A program made the translations under genes and the position numbers. A model generated the notes under the pieces. It did not search any database and was not told where the DNA came from. It worked only from the letters and a program-made list of their open reading frames with translations. From an uncultured Acidobacteriota bacterium (lineage in GTDB: Bacteria > Acidobacteriota > UBA6911): DNA of 64,000 bases. The stretch spans positions 192,001 through 256,000 of the forward strand of contig CAWEJX010000004.1 of the NCBI GenBank assembly GCA_963809485.1, in the 5' to 3' direction. This document shows positions 40,404 through 50,038 of this stretch, one piece after another. How positions within the stretch are numbered: position 1 is the first letter of the stretch; each line of letters starts with the position of its first letter.

Positions 40404-40771
40404 GTTCTTTCTCGCTTGCACATGGCTTTTGAACTCAACGTTTAACCAAATTTACTGAGTCGAGCCTCTGTGCACCGACATAGCGGCATATAAATGGGGA
40501 ATGCTCCCGGTTGTTTAACAGAAGCCGGAGTATCTTGCATTCCGCAGGCGCCTTCAGGAGTTTGACTTTTCGCCCTGCACTCAATGCGGGGGATGCGACT
40601 ATTTCGAGTCGAATCAGGAAGATTGCATCGGCAGCCCGTTTCCGGCTTGCGGCGGCTGCCTGTGGGCGCAGGGCATCATCCAATGCCCCTGACAAAAGAT
40701 ATCAGGAGGCTCAGCATAGCAAGGAAGCGCTGAGCCCTCTCCTGTCTTCTGACGATACTTCACCTTCATTA

Positions 40772-40802
40772 TCAGCGCTTTTGTCGGCGTATGTCAGCGT
40801 TA
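40772..40802 (+). repeat. TCAGCGT-array element copy
   Basis: tcagcgcttttgtcggcgtatgtcagcgtta, 10 nt from the MetRS-like stop. Confidence 0.75.
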
Positions 40803-40812
40803 CCAAACGCTT

Positions 40813-42816
40813 TCAGAATTGAATCTGGCTCGGGTGCTTGGGAAAAAAATCGACTCGGGGTTCCAGGAAACGAAGCTTATGCTCCCCTGGATCCTTCATG
40901 AAAGCGTACAATGTGTCAAACGCCCGCTCCCAGCTCCAGAAGGACTCGTCAAATCCCAGGTATTCGCGGATCATTTCCGTACCGAATGGCGCGATCGGGT
41001 GAAGCATGAGCGCGGCCGTGCGGACGCGATGGAATGCGTCAATCAGCGCCTGACGCAGCACGGGATCGCTTCCGGAAAGCTCCCTTCCCGGAGTGCTTTT
41101 CACCGCCGCCGACCAGTTTTTGGTGATCGCCCGGACGTAATTGTCCGTAACCGCCATCGTCTGGTGGAACTCCTGCCGATGCATGGCAGCCTCATAATTG
41201 AGGAGAGCTTTGCCGCTTTCTTCCAGAACCTCCGGAGACACTTCGCCGGCCGGGACGCGGCCGTCAAAATACTTCTGGGCTGTATAAAAGCACGTTCGCA
41301 CTGCTTTGTTGAATGAATTGCACAGCAGGTTCCCTTCCTTAAGCACCGGATCGCCTTCGCGGGGATCCGCGTTCGGATTCAGGGGACGGGGCTTGAAACT
41401 GACGCTGCGGATGCCGAGGCCGAGGGAAACGAAGTGCGCCCGGAGTTGATCGGCTGTGTAATGGTCGAGGAGCTCGCGGGCCATCGGCGGCCGAATTTTG
41501 CCGCTGCTGCTTGCCTTTTTGTCGAAATACAGTATGTGGTTGTTCACAACCAGTTCCGGAAGCTGCAGGCAGCCATCCTCTGGATCGGCCGATACCTGCA
41601 GTCCCTGGACGCCCATGAACATGCTCATTTCGGCCAGACTGTAGAAATAGACATTGTCCTCGCCGATAAACTGATAAATATGGGACTCTTTCGACTCCCA
41701 CCATCGTTTCCACTCCGCCGCCTCAAAGCCCCGTGATTCCAGGTAAGCGGCTGAAAACGAAATCGGCGCCCAGAGCGATTCCGGCCATACCCAGAAAGTC
41801 AGCCCCTCAAGATCATCCTCCAGGTCCGGAGCCGGAAGCCCCCACTCGACATTCCCCGTCAGGCGGAACGGCACAAGCGTCTTGCCGTTCCGATACCGGA
41901 TGCCCGCGCGTCCAAGCACTTCATTTGCCGTTTCGCGATCGCCAAGAGCCTTGAATACAAGCCGGACAGGTTTGTTCGGCTCCTCGAAGAATTCGTGCTG
42001 CGGGAGGTCCTTCAAAATGGCTGCCAGCATTTCTCCCTGATCCGGCTTGACATAAATTGTCGGCGGTGCAAGAAACTCCTCGATTGCGCTCACGGCAAAC
42101 GGACGATACCCCGGAGTTTTCTTCTGAGCCTCGACCCAGCGTATGAGCTCGGTCCGGAAATCCTCGAGATGGATGTACCAGTTGGCCACGCTGCGCATTT
42201 CGGGAGTATCGCCCGTGATCGCGCTTTTGGGAGCGATCAGCTCCCGCGGCTCGTAAGGATGCCCGAGCGCGCATTCGTCCGCGTAGGCTTTTTCCGATTT
42301 GCAGCCGGGCACGGGGCAGCGTCCCACGACCTGGCGTCCATTCAGGAACACACCGGCCCTGTTGTCATAGAACTGCAGACTGCTGATCCGGCGAAGGAAT
42401 CCATTCTCATAAAGCGATCGAAAAAATGCCCCGCACATCTCGCGATGTATTTCCCCGGAGCGTCCGAATCCCGATGCGGCAAACAGATTGAGGCTGATCC
42501 CGTAGGAGTCCAGCACCTCTTTCTGCCGTTCGTGGTTCATGCGGACAAAATCCTCAATGCTGCCCTGGAATTCCCCGGCTTCGGTCATCTGCCGGTACTG
42601 CTCGACAATGGGCGATCCGTAGCAGTCGGTCCCTGATACGAAGATGACGTTCCGGGAGCCAATCCGGTCGCGCATGAATCTCGCAAATACGTCGGCATGG
42701 ACAAACATTCCGCCGATGTGTCCAAAATGCAGATCCTTGTTCCCATAAGGCATGCCGCCAGTGATGACGATGCGCTTGGGAAAAACGGGACGGACCGGGC
42801 CGGAATTCTGGTTCAT
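40813..42816 (-). CDS. metG: Methionyl-tRNA synthetase-like class I ligase
   Basis: PYGNKDLHFGH (HIGH variant), SGTDCYG, CPVPGC..ADEC knuckle, FIGEDNVYF, KASSS (KMSKS variant). Confidence 0.85.
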   Translation of the reverse strand: MNQNSGPVRPVFPKRIVITGGMPYGNKDLHFGHIGGMFVHADVFARFMRDRIGSRNVIFVSGTDCYGSPIVEQYRQMTEAGEFQGSIEDFVRMNHERQKEVLDSYGISLNLFAASGFGRSGEIHREMCGAFFRSLYENGFLRRISSLQFYDNRAGVFLNGRQVVGRCPVPGCKSEKAYADECALGHPYEPRELIAPKSAITGDTPEMRSVANWYIHLEDFRTELIRWVEAQKKTPGYRPFAVSAIEEFLAPPTIYVKPDQGEMLAAILKDLPQHEFFEEPNKPVRLVFKALGDRETANEVLGRAGIRYRNGKTLVPFRLTGNVEWGLPAPDLEDDLEGLTFWVWPESLWAPISFSAAYLESRGFEAAEWKRWWESKESHIYQFIGEDNVYFYSLAEMSMFMGVQGLQVSADPEDGCLQLPELVVNNHILYFDKKASSSGKIRPPMARELLDHYTADQLRAHFVSLGLGIRSVSFKPRPLNPNADPREGDPVLKEGNLLCNSFNKAVRTCFYTAQKYFDGRVPAGEVSPEVLEESGKALLNYEAAMHRQEFHQTMAVTDNYVRAITKNWSAAVKSTPGRELSGSDPVLRQALIDAFHRVRTAALMLHPIAPFGTEMIREYLGFDESFWSWERAFDTLYAFMKDPGEHKLRFLEPRVDFFPKHPSQIQF

Positions 42817-42956
42817 GCAGATCTCCTTAATTGCAAGGGATTATGATACACGACCTGCAGGCTGTTGGGGCAGGCTTTCCATGCTTGCGTCCATGCCGTA
42901 CTTCCTGCCGCTTTGCGGCGGCGGCTCAGGCGGGCATACATATTATTGATGGAAGG

Positions 42957-43604
42957 CTATGGCGACCGGGTTACAGGATGCTGTTTCTGTGCCGCAAGCT
43001 CCCATACCACTTTGATTTTGAAATACCGGTTCATGGTGCACTCATGAAGCGCCCCAATTTCCCACTCGGCGAAAAAAGAGCGCAGGGATGAATCATCAAA
43101 GAAGCGTTTTCTGGCTCCGCTTTGCTCATAATACAGGGGCTCGATGGCAACACCTTCCCCTGCACCGTGGTTGATATCATTGACCGAGTTGAATCTGGAA
43201 AACAACCATCCGCCATCACTGAGAATCCTTCGGATTTCGGCGATGATATCCCTGGTTTCAGCCTCGGAAAAATAGTGCAGGCAGAGGTCGGCGATTACGA
43301 CCTTGGCTACGCCGTCGTCAAAAGGGAACCGGCTGCGAAGATCAAAAAGCCGCGTATCGGGATCAGGCATGAAGCAGGCAAGCCGTTTCAGTGCCGCTTC
43401 CGCAAAGTCACAGGAGATAACCGGATAACCGTGCTCCTGTAGATAAAGGGTGTTGTTTCCGGACCCGCATCCCAAATCGATAACAGGCGTTTCCCGAGAA
43501 GTGTCCAAAATCTCCCGGTACTTATCCAGCCAATCATCGCAGACCGGCCGCTTGGTTCCGTACTCCTCGAATATGCGGTTCCAGCGTTCTTGTGGGTCTT
43601 CCAA
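42957..43604 (-). CDS. Class I SAM-dependent methyltransferase
   Basis: IDLGCGSGN, IADLCLHYF, EIRRIL..GG. Confidence 0.88.
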   Translation of the reverse strand: MEDPQERWNRIFEEYGTKRPVCDDWLDKYREILDTSRETPVIDLGCGSGNNTLYLQEHGYPVISCDFAEAALKRLACFMPDPDTRLFDLRSRFPFDDGVAKVVIADLCLHYFSEAETRDIIAEIRRILSDGGWLFSRFNSVNDINHGAGEGVAIEPLYYEQSGARKRFFDDSSLRSFFAEWEIGALHECTMNRYFKIKVVWELAAQKQHPVTRSP

Positions 43605-43926
43605 TGGCGGCCTGCCTGAAATGTTTAAATCATATTACATCCTTATTTTATAAGAAAATGGTCCGCTGAGTAACCAGGGCTTGCGGCCAGTCATCGGTAT
43701 TTCAATCGTGCCATCAACGATACGAGGCTGCCAATCATTTAGGGCCCAAAAAAGAAAGATTCTCTACCCCTTCCCGCCAATAATCGACCATTGGTTGCCG
43801 GAAAATCGAGGGGGACAGAAATTATGGATTCATCAGCCTGATATCGCTACAATCAACGCCTGATGGTTCATTGGTTCCATTTAGTCAAAACCTTAATGTT
43901 TTTCATTGGTCAATCGGGATTCTGCA

Positions 43927-44643
43927 ATGCTTCGGGCAGTCTTGTTTGATCTTGGGAACACGCTGGTCAGGTACTTTCGCCGGGATTCGTTCCCGCAAAT
44001 ACTTCGCGAATGCCTGCGCTGCGCAGCCGCCGCAATAAACGACAGGACCGCAGACCCCGACAGTCTTTTCGAAAAAGCCCTCGCGTCAGGCCGTGAAGCC
44101 GGCGATTTTGCCGTGCGGCGGTTGGAAGATCGCATCCTCAACTTGTTCCCGGCCCTTGATGGTACAGACGCCCTCGCCATGAGCAGGATCTGCCGGGCAT
44201 TCATGGCTCCAATTTTTGCGTGCGCCAGGATTGAAGACAATGCTCTCGAAGTTTTGGACAAACTGCGAGCCCGCGGCTTGTATACAGCGGTTGTATCGAA
44301 CACCCCCTGGGGAAGTCCTGCCGAACTCTGGCTGGAGGAGCTACAACGCCATGATCTCCTGAAAAGGCTGGACGCCGTTACGTTCTGTGTGGACGTGGGA
44401 TGGCGCAAGCCGCACCCCGCGCCGTTTCTATTTACGCTCAACAAACTGGCCATTGCGCCTTCTGACGCAGTTTTTGTGGGCGATGACCCGCGTTGGGATG
44501 TCGAAGGCGCTCTGCGCGCTGGGATTCGACCGATCCTGATCTCGGACCATCCGGTTGAAACACACAGCTGCTCCAGGATTGAACGGCTGACCTTACTTCT
44601 AAATCCGGATGTGCTTGAGCCTGACGCAAAGGCTTCGCATTAA
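43927..44643 (+). CDS. HAD family hydrolase
   Basis: FDLGNTL, VSNT, KPHPAPF, VGDD..DV.GA. Confidence 0.9.
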   Translation: MLRAVLFDLGNTLVRYFRRDSFPQILRECLRCAAAAINDRTADPDSLFEKALASGREAGDFAVRRLEDRILNLFPALDGTDALAMSRICRAFMAPIFACARIEDNALEVLDKLRARGLYTAVVSNTPWGSPAELWLEELQRHDLLKRLDAVTFCVDVGWRKPHPAPFLFTLNKLAIAPSDAVFVGDDPRWDVEGALRAGIRPILISDHPVETHSCSRIERLTLLLNPDVLEPDAKASH

Positions 44644-45058
44644 GGGATGGAATTCGGACACGCTGCAGACGGCCAGCATGAATTCAAGAATGCCCCGAAG
44701 GAGTCGCGCGCAATTTTTAAGACACATAATCTGCACGGTCATAAAGATGGCGCATGAATCCCATGCTGTTGTAGAATCGCCTAATCGGCGCAATGCCCTG
44801 CGATGAGCTGTCGGGATTGCGCCCCGACGCAGGCCGCTTAAAAGTCGTTTCGAGAACTGTAGGAATCAGGGTTCCAGCAGGAATGCTCTTGGGATTCGCA
44901 TGCGGTCCGATCACACGCACGAGGCTAAACGCCTTGCAGGTGCAATCCTTGTCAGCATCCGCAAGACTTTGTGTGCCATTTTCGGCACGAATCCTGGAAT
45001 GCTAGGGCTCCGGTAACCCAAAGGTTTTACGTGGCTATATTGAAAGGAGAATCTAACG

Positions 45059-45961
45059 ATGAAACGGAAAGCATGGTTTATTGCGTTGGCCTGTATGTGT
45101 GCATTTCTTGCAGTCGCATTTCTGGCGTGCACTACCGCAGATCAAACCACCGCAGACAAAGAAGTAAAAAAAGAAGCAGCGCCTGCCGTACGGCCGAATT
45201 TTGTTCCCTCCCCGGAGTTTTCGCCACCGTATCCACCGCTGCCCCACCGTTTCGGTAAAACTTACGGTCTTCAGGTTTTGTGCCAGGCACCAAAGGGGGC
45301 TATTGCCCGGGCGCTGGCCCGGCCTCTGGAACCGGTCGGCGACGCTGATCAGTTTATTCTCCTGATGGGTTGGAGTCCAAACTGTGAAGGCTATAATGTC
45401 CACGAGATCGCAATCAACGCCCCCGTCAAATGGCAAGACAAAACCGGCAACACAACGCTTATCGAATATATCGACAGCGGCATGGGGCTTATCACCGGGC
45501 GGGAGGTCTGGGGATGGCCAAAGAAAATGGCGGATATTACCTGGACACAGACCGCAACAGGCTGGACGGTCGTAGTTAATGCGATGAAAGACCAGAACAG
45601 CATTCCGCTGATGAAAATTGAATTTAAGGCTTCCAATGCCACCCCTGAGGTGAAATGGCCGGAGATGGGCCCCACGTACCTGGTTAAACGCATTGCCAAC
45701 GCTTCGCCCACGGTTCCACCTCTAACCCAGCTGGTTTGTGTTGGCTGCAATCTACCACCAAGAGACTCGAGCTCGGTTATCCCGATGGCACCTAAGGGAA
45801 CAAAGGGTATCGCCACGGTTCAATTCTTCGATGGACCCCATGATCCTTTGACCTTCTTCGGCCCTGTCAAGGTGCTTGATGCGAAGATGAGCATCAGCGA
45901 GGGTTCTCCCACAGATCCCGGGCTGGGTCTCGGAGAAGTAATCTACGAGTGGAAGGAGTAA
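45059..45961 (+). CDS. Acetoacetate-decarboxylase-like family protein with signal/lipobox
   Basis: GREVWGWPKK Schiff-base Lys motif; hydrophobic N-terminus ending FLAC; AAAGGAG RBS. Confidence 0.8.
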   Translation: MKRKAWFIALACMCAFLAVAFLACTTADQTTADKEVKKEAAPAVRPNFVPSPEFSPPYPPLPHRFGKTYGLQVLCQAPKGAIARALARPLEPVGDADQFILLMGWSPNCEGYNVHEIAINAPVKWQDKTGNTTLIEYIDSGMGLITGREVWGWPKKMADITWTQTATGWTVVVNAMKDQNSIPLMKIEFKASNATPEVKWPEMGPTYLVKRIANASPTVPPLTQLVCVGCNLPPRDSSSVIPMAPKGTKGIATVQFFDGPHDPLTFFGPVKVLDAKMSISEGSPTDPGLGLGEVIYEWKE

Positions 45962-45968
45962 TCTTCCG

Positions 45969-46219
45969 GAGTCAGGCACCTCCGGCAAAGCCGGAGGCTT
46001 GAAAGATTGGAACCGCTCAAAGCGGTTGGAGGAGTTACGCTGGTCTTGAACGCTGACTTACGCGGGCAAAAGCCGATGAGGCGCCTCATCGGCTTTTGCT
46101 CGCCGACCCTCGCCGAACAGATCGGCGTTTGTCAGCGCTTTTGTCAGCGTATCTCAGCGTTTCAAAATACGGAGATGTCAAACCCTATGAGTCCCCCGGC
46201 AGAGCCGGGGTTTGCCAAT
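45969..46219 (+). mobile_element. Second near-intact copy (251 bp) of the nested-palindrome element
   Basis: Reverse complement of 12778-13174 lacking the inner 141 bp plus one GCGC; perfect 34-bp palindrome at 46066-46099. Confidence 0.82.
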
Positions 46220-46329
46220 AGAATCACAAAGAACTCGCTGCCGGCAGATGGAACCAGCTCTCCTTCGCCGAACAAATGGCGAATCTCGGGAGAGGTCAAT
46301 CCTCCGCTATTGGGGATTGTTCTCAGGCA

Positions 46330-47073
46330 ATGATGAAGACCCTTCTTCGCACAAAAGGTATTGCCCACGACCTGATCGTCACCAGGAAAGGAGCGACGGT
46401 CACGCTCTGGTCTGCGGCGGGGCTTCGGCACACCGTTTTCGATATCGCGGCCCCGCATCTCCCCGGGCTGGAATATGCCCGCAATATGCTGGCGGTGCTG
46501 GCATTCTGCCCGCAAGCGCAATCCTGCCTTGTCCTGGGGCTCGGCGGAGGCTCTATCCCGCGCATGCTGCTGTCGGCGCGCCCGCAGATCGAGGTGGAAG
46601 CCGTCGAATACGATCCGGCGATCGTGGAACTGGCCGCCACATATTTTGATATCCGTGCACTGCCCCGCTTCAGAATTCACCTGGAAGACGCGGCGGCTTT
46701 CCTCAATCAATGCACATCACGCTATGCAATCGTCATAATCGACACCTATGTGGAGGAGCGGTTTCCGGATCAGTGCGCCAGCCGGGAATTCATCAGGGAT
46801 GCCAGGAAATGCCTGCTCGATGACGGCGTGCTGGCGGTCAACTGGCTGAGCGGAGACTCGCAAACACGGGAAGACCTGCTGAAGAATCTCCAGTCGATTG
46901 TAGGGCCCGTCTGGAAGCTGCCCTGCCTGAAGGCACGCAATCTTCTGTATTTCGCTTCAACCGGGAAAATTAATCGTCCTGCCATCATCGCGGCTGCGGA
47001 AGCCGTGGAAGCCGAGATCCCGTTTAAAAATACACTCGCGCGATTCGCCCAGCGCCTGCGGAATGCCGTATGA
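46330..47073 (+). CDS. Spermidine-synthase-like SAM methyltransferase
   Basis: LVLGLGGGS, VEYDPAIVELA..F, DAAAF, GVLAVN. Confidence 0.85.
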   Translation: MMKTLLRTKGIAHDLIVTRKGATVTLWSAAGLRHTVFDIAAPHLPGLEYARNMLAVLAFCPQAQSCLVLGLGGGSIPRMLLSARPQIEVEAVEYDPAIVELAATYFDIRALPRFRIHLEDAAAFLNQCTSRYAIVIIDTYVEERFPDQCASREFIRDARKCLLDDGVLAVNWLSGDSQTREDLLKNLQSIVGPVWKLPCLKARNLLYFASTGKINRPAIIAAAEAVEAEIPFKNTLARFAQRLRNAV

Positions 47074-47139
47074 TTACGGCCGGCGGGGATCCGATGACAG
47101 TCGTTATAAGGCCGACTCTGGAGACTCGTCCATAAATTT

Positions 47140-47178
47140 TAACGCTGACATACGCTGATAGACGCCGACGTACGCTGA
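47140..47178 (-). repeat. TCAGCGT-array copy, minus orientation
   Basis: taacgctgacatacgctgatagacgccgacgtacgctga. Confidence 0.8.
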
Positions 47179-47535
47179 AAATTTATTAATAAATGATATT
47201 TTCTCGGCATTTGACATTGATCGAGTGAGGACTGCTCTCCAGAGACTTTCTCAAAACTGCCGGTGGGAGTTTCATGACAGTCGTTTTGAGGCAGACTCTG
47301 GAGAACCATTCTCACTGAGGAATCCTTCGACCATCCTGAGCTGCATGCCGGTGCTGAAAACAGCCTCTTCGCCGAGCTCAGGGCAACATAAAAATCCCGG
47401 AATCTGGCACATGCTCGAATTATATTCAGCCAGCGGGGGAGCGCGAGCGTCTGTTTTGCAGACCACAAATTACGTAGCCTGTCTCCCTTTTATGGCTTAT
47501 AATCAGCGCAAAAATTCCAATCGTGAGGCGACAAC

Positions 47536-49815
47536 ATGGCAGATATTGCAGGCAGCAACGGACAAAGAACGGAATTCAAAGCTGTCGGTCGAGCCAATAT
47601 ACCCGGCCGGCTTTCCTATACCATAGCCACCGGAGGAGCCAAGTTCGGCAGCGATGCGGTCCTGCCGGACATGCTCCACGCCAAATACCTCAGAAGTCCT
47701 CATGGCCGGGCGAAAATAAAAAGCCTGGATATCAGCAAGGCAAAGGCGCTGGAGGGCGTGGTGGATATCGTAACCTGGGACGACCCGGATATCCTGGCAA
47801 TGAACCAGGCTATGAACAAGGCAGCGGTCAGGCCAATGGCCGGCCTCCGGCAGTCTATGATCCCCAACGAAGTGGAGACGGAGGACGAAGAGGTAGGCGT
47901 GGTTGTTGTCGCCGTAACGCCGGAAATTTGCGAAGAGGCACTCAAACTCATCAAAGTGGAATGGGAGGTGCTGCCAAGCGTTACGGACGCCTTGGATGGC
48001 TTGAAGCCCGGTGCCCCGATCATCCGACACGATCCCAAAAAGCTGGCTTCAACTTTCTCCCAGGGAGATGTTGAGGCTGGCTTCAAGGAAGCGGATCATA
48101 TAGTTGAATTCGACTGGGCCCACACCCGGACGGCTTCTCACATCCCGAATCCAAACGGCAGCGTCTCCTGGTGGGCGCAGGATCCGTGGGGAGTCGAGGG
48201 CCCAACTTTGTATATCGAAGGCATAAGTCCTACCTGGGGGGCATTTTCGCTGCGCCCCATGTACAATGTGAATTTCGACAAACTCCGCCGTCAGACCCTG
48301 TTCCAGGGGGGCAAATACTGCGATTGGGTCATCCGCCGCTCCCAGCTTATTACGCCTTTGCTGGCCAGAAGAACCGGGAAACCGGTCCGGTGCATCAACG
48401 AAAGGCAAAACGATTACTATCCTGCAAACCCGCAGCGATTTTCTCACGCGAAAATCGGGTTCAAAAAGGATGGAACGATTGTGGCGGTGGAGGAAAGCAA
48501 TATCGCGGATCAGGGATGTCCGGATGAAACCGCAATGGCCGGGAATTTCGAAGCCAGGTTCAGCCCTTTCAATACAACCCGATGCATCAATCAGAAGAGC
48601 CATTCCCAGTCTGTATTCACCAATTCGGGCCGCAATACCCTTAGCCAGACCTCTCCATTTAACTGGGACGTCATGACCGCGGCCGAGCAGATCGTGGCAG
48701 AAAAGCTTGGCATGGACGTGCTGGACGTGGCGCTCAACAATGTCCACGGACCCTCTTCTCAGACAGATCCCGGAGTGCCTCCCGGCCTTGTGGAATGCAT
48801 CGAAAAGGGCAGAAAGGCCATGAACTGGAAGTGGCATCCTGCCGGCACCAAAAAGCTCCCGGACGGCAGAATGCACGGCCTGGCATTCCGATACGCCATG
48901 TCACCCAGGCACGCCTTCCAGCCGTACACCGCGACCGTGACAATTCGGGGAGACAACAAAGTGTATGTGCCGCTTAAAGGTCCCTGTGCCGGCTACTATG
49001 GAGCCGACGCCTGTGCACTGGTGGTTGCCGAGGAGTTGGGCGCAAAGCCCGAGGATGTGATTCTCGAGTATGACGAACAGGCTATATTCACTCCTGTAGG
49101 AGGAGGGAGCGACGGCACTACGGCATCGGCTTGGGTTGTTAAAGAAGCAGCCGTGGCCTGCAAGAAGCTGCTTCTGGAATTTGCCGCCCCGAAGTTTAAG
49201 GCCAAGCCCGAAGATCTGGACACAAAGGACACGACGGTTTACCTGAAGTCCGATCCAAGCAAATCCTTTCCATTCGGGAAATTCGTCGCAGAGGAAGGAT
49301 TCGGCGATCACGATTTGGATCTCACCACGACCTTCTTCGGCAGGCCGCCGGCCACTACCTGGAACCAGGCCGGGAAAGTTCTCGATGTCATGAATACGAG
49401 CTTCATGGAGGTGGCCGTAGATACGGAAACCGGCGGAGTCGAGGTAACCAAATTTGTTGTCGTCTGCGATCCGGGAAAGGTGCTCCGGATGACGTCGTTT
49501 GAAGGCCAGCTGCACCAGGCAATGTTCTTCAGCCAGGGGGGGCTCTCGGAAGAGTTTATTTACGACAAGGCGACGGGCGTAAAACTCAATACGAACATGT
49601 TCGAATACAAGAAGCCCACGATCGTGGATTTCGGGCCGATCGAAACCTACGCCGTCGAGACTCGAAGCGGGAACGCCTGCTATGGCGCCTCGGGCATCAG
49701 CCATTGTATGGCCGCGCCCTTTTTCCCTGTTGCCGCCGTAGCCAACGCGATAGGGCATTGGATCGCGCCGCCCGTGACGCCGGATAAGATCCTGAAGGCC
49801 CTGGGCAAGGCTTAG
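47536..49815 (+). CDS. Xanthine dehydrogenase family molybdopterin-binding subunit (paralog 2)
   Basis: Collinear and highly similar to 3117-5375 over the full length, including the gtgaggcga RBS context. Confidence 0.92.
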   Translation: MADIAGSNGQRTEFKAVGRANIPGRLSYTIATGGAKFGSDAVLPDMLHAKYLRSPHGRAKIKSLDISKAKALEGVVDIVTWDDPDILAMNQAMNKAAVRPMAGLRQSMIPNEVETEDEEVGVVVVAVTPEICEEALKLIKVEWEVLPSVTDALDGLKPGAPIIRHDPKKLASTFSQGDVEAGFKEADHIVEFDWAHTRTASHIPNPNGSVSWWAQDPWGVEGPTLYIEGISPTWGAFSLRPMYNVNFDKLRRQTLFQGGKYCDWVIRRSQLITPLLARRTGKPVRCINERQNDYYPANPQRFSHAKIGFKKDGTIVAVEESNIADQGCPDETAMAGNFEARFSPFNTTRCINQKSHSQSVFTNSGRNTLSQTSPFNWDVMTAAEQIVAEKLGMDVLDVALNNVHGPSSQTDPGVPPGLVECIEKGRKAMNWKWHPAGTKKLPDGRMHGLAFRYAMSPRHAFQPYTATVTIRGDNKVYVPLKGPCAGYYGADACALVVAEELGAKPEDVILEYDEQAIFTPVGGGSDGTTASAWVVKEAAVACKKLLLEFAAPKFKAKPEDLDTKDTTVYLKSDPSKSFPFGKFVAEEGFGDHDLDLTTTFFGRPPATTWNQAGKVLDVMNTSFMEVAVDTETGGVEVTKFVVVCDPGKVLRMTSFEGQLHQAMFFSQGGLSEEFIYDKATGVKLNTNMFEYKKPTIVDFGPIETYAVETRSGNACYGASGISHCMAAPFFPVAAVANAIGHWIAPPVTPDKILKALGKA

Positions 49816-50038
49816 CCGGCCCCCGGATACGCGGATTTGGGCCAGCCCGGCCGGAGCATGACCTGTTGCATGCGCGATCCCTTATACGATGGAACAGCTG
49901 AAATATTGGCTGTTCCATCGCGCTTCAGCATCGCGCTGAAGGCGCCCTGAAAAACTGTTTCTCCAAAGCCCCATATAGTTCTTTCAGCAACCGGTTTCGT
50001 GTCTTTCGCGGTTCATGCCTTCCGGCTTTGCTGGATCC

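Noticed and set aside
3570-49758. Long antisense ORFs such as 3570-4520, 33476-34282, 35936-37045 and 48901-49758
   Set aside because: Shadow frames of well-supported genes in GC-rich coding sequence.
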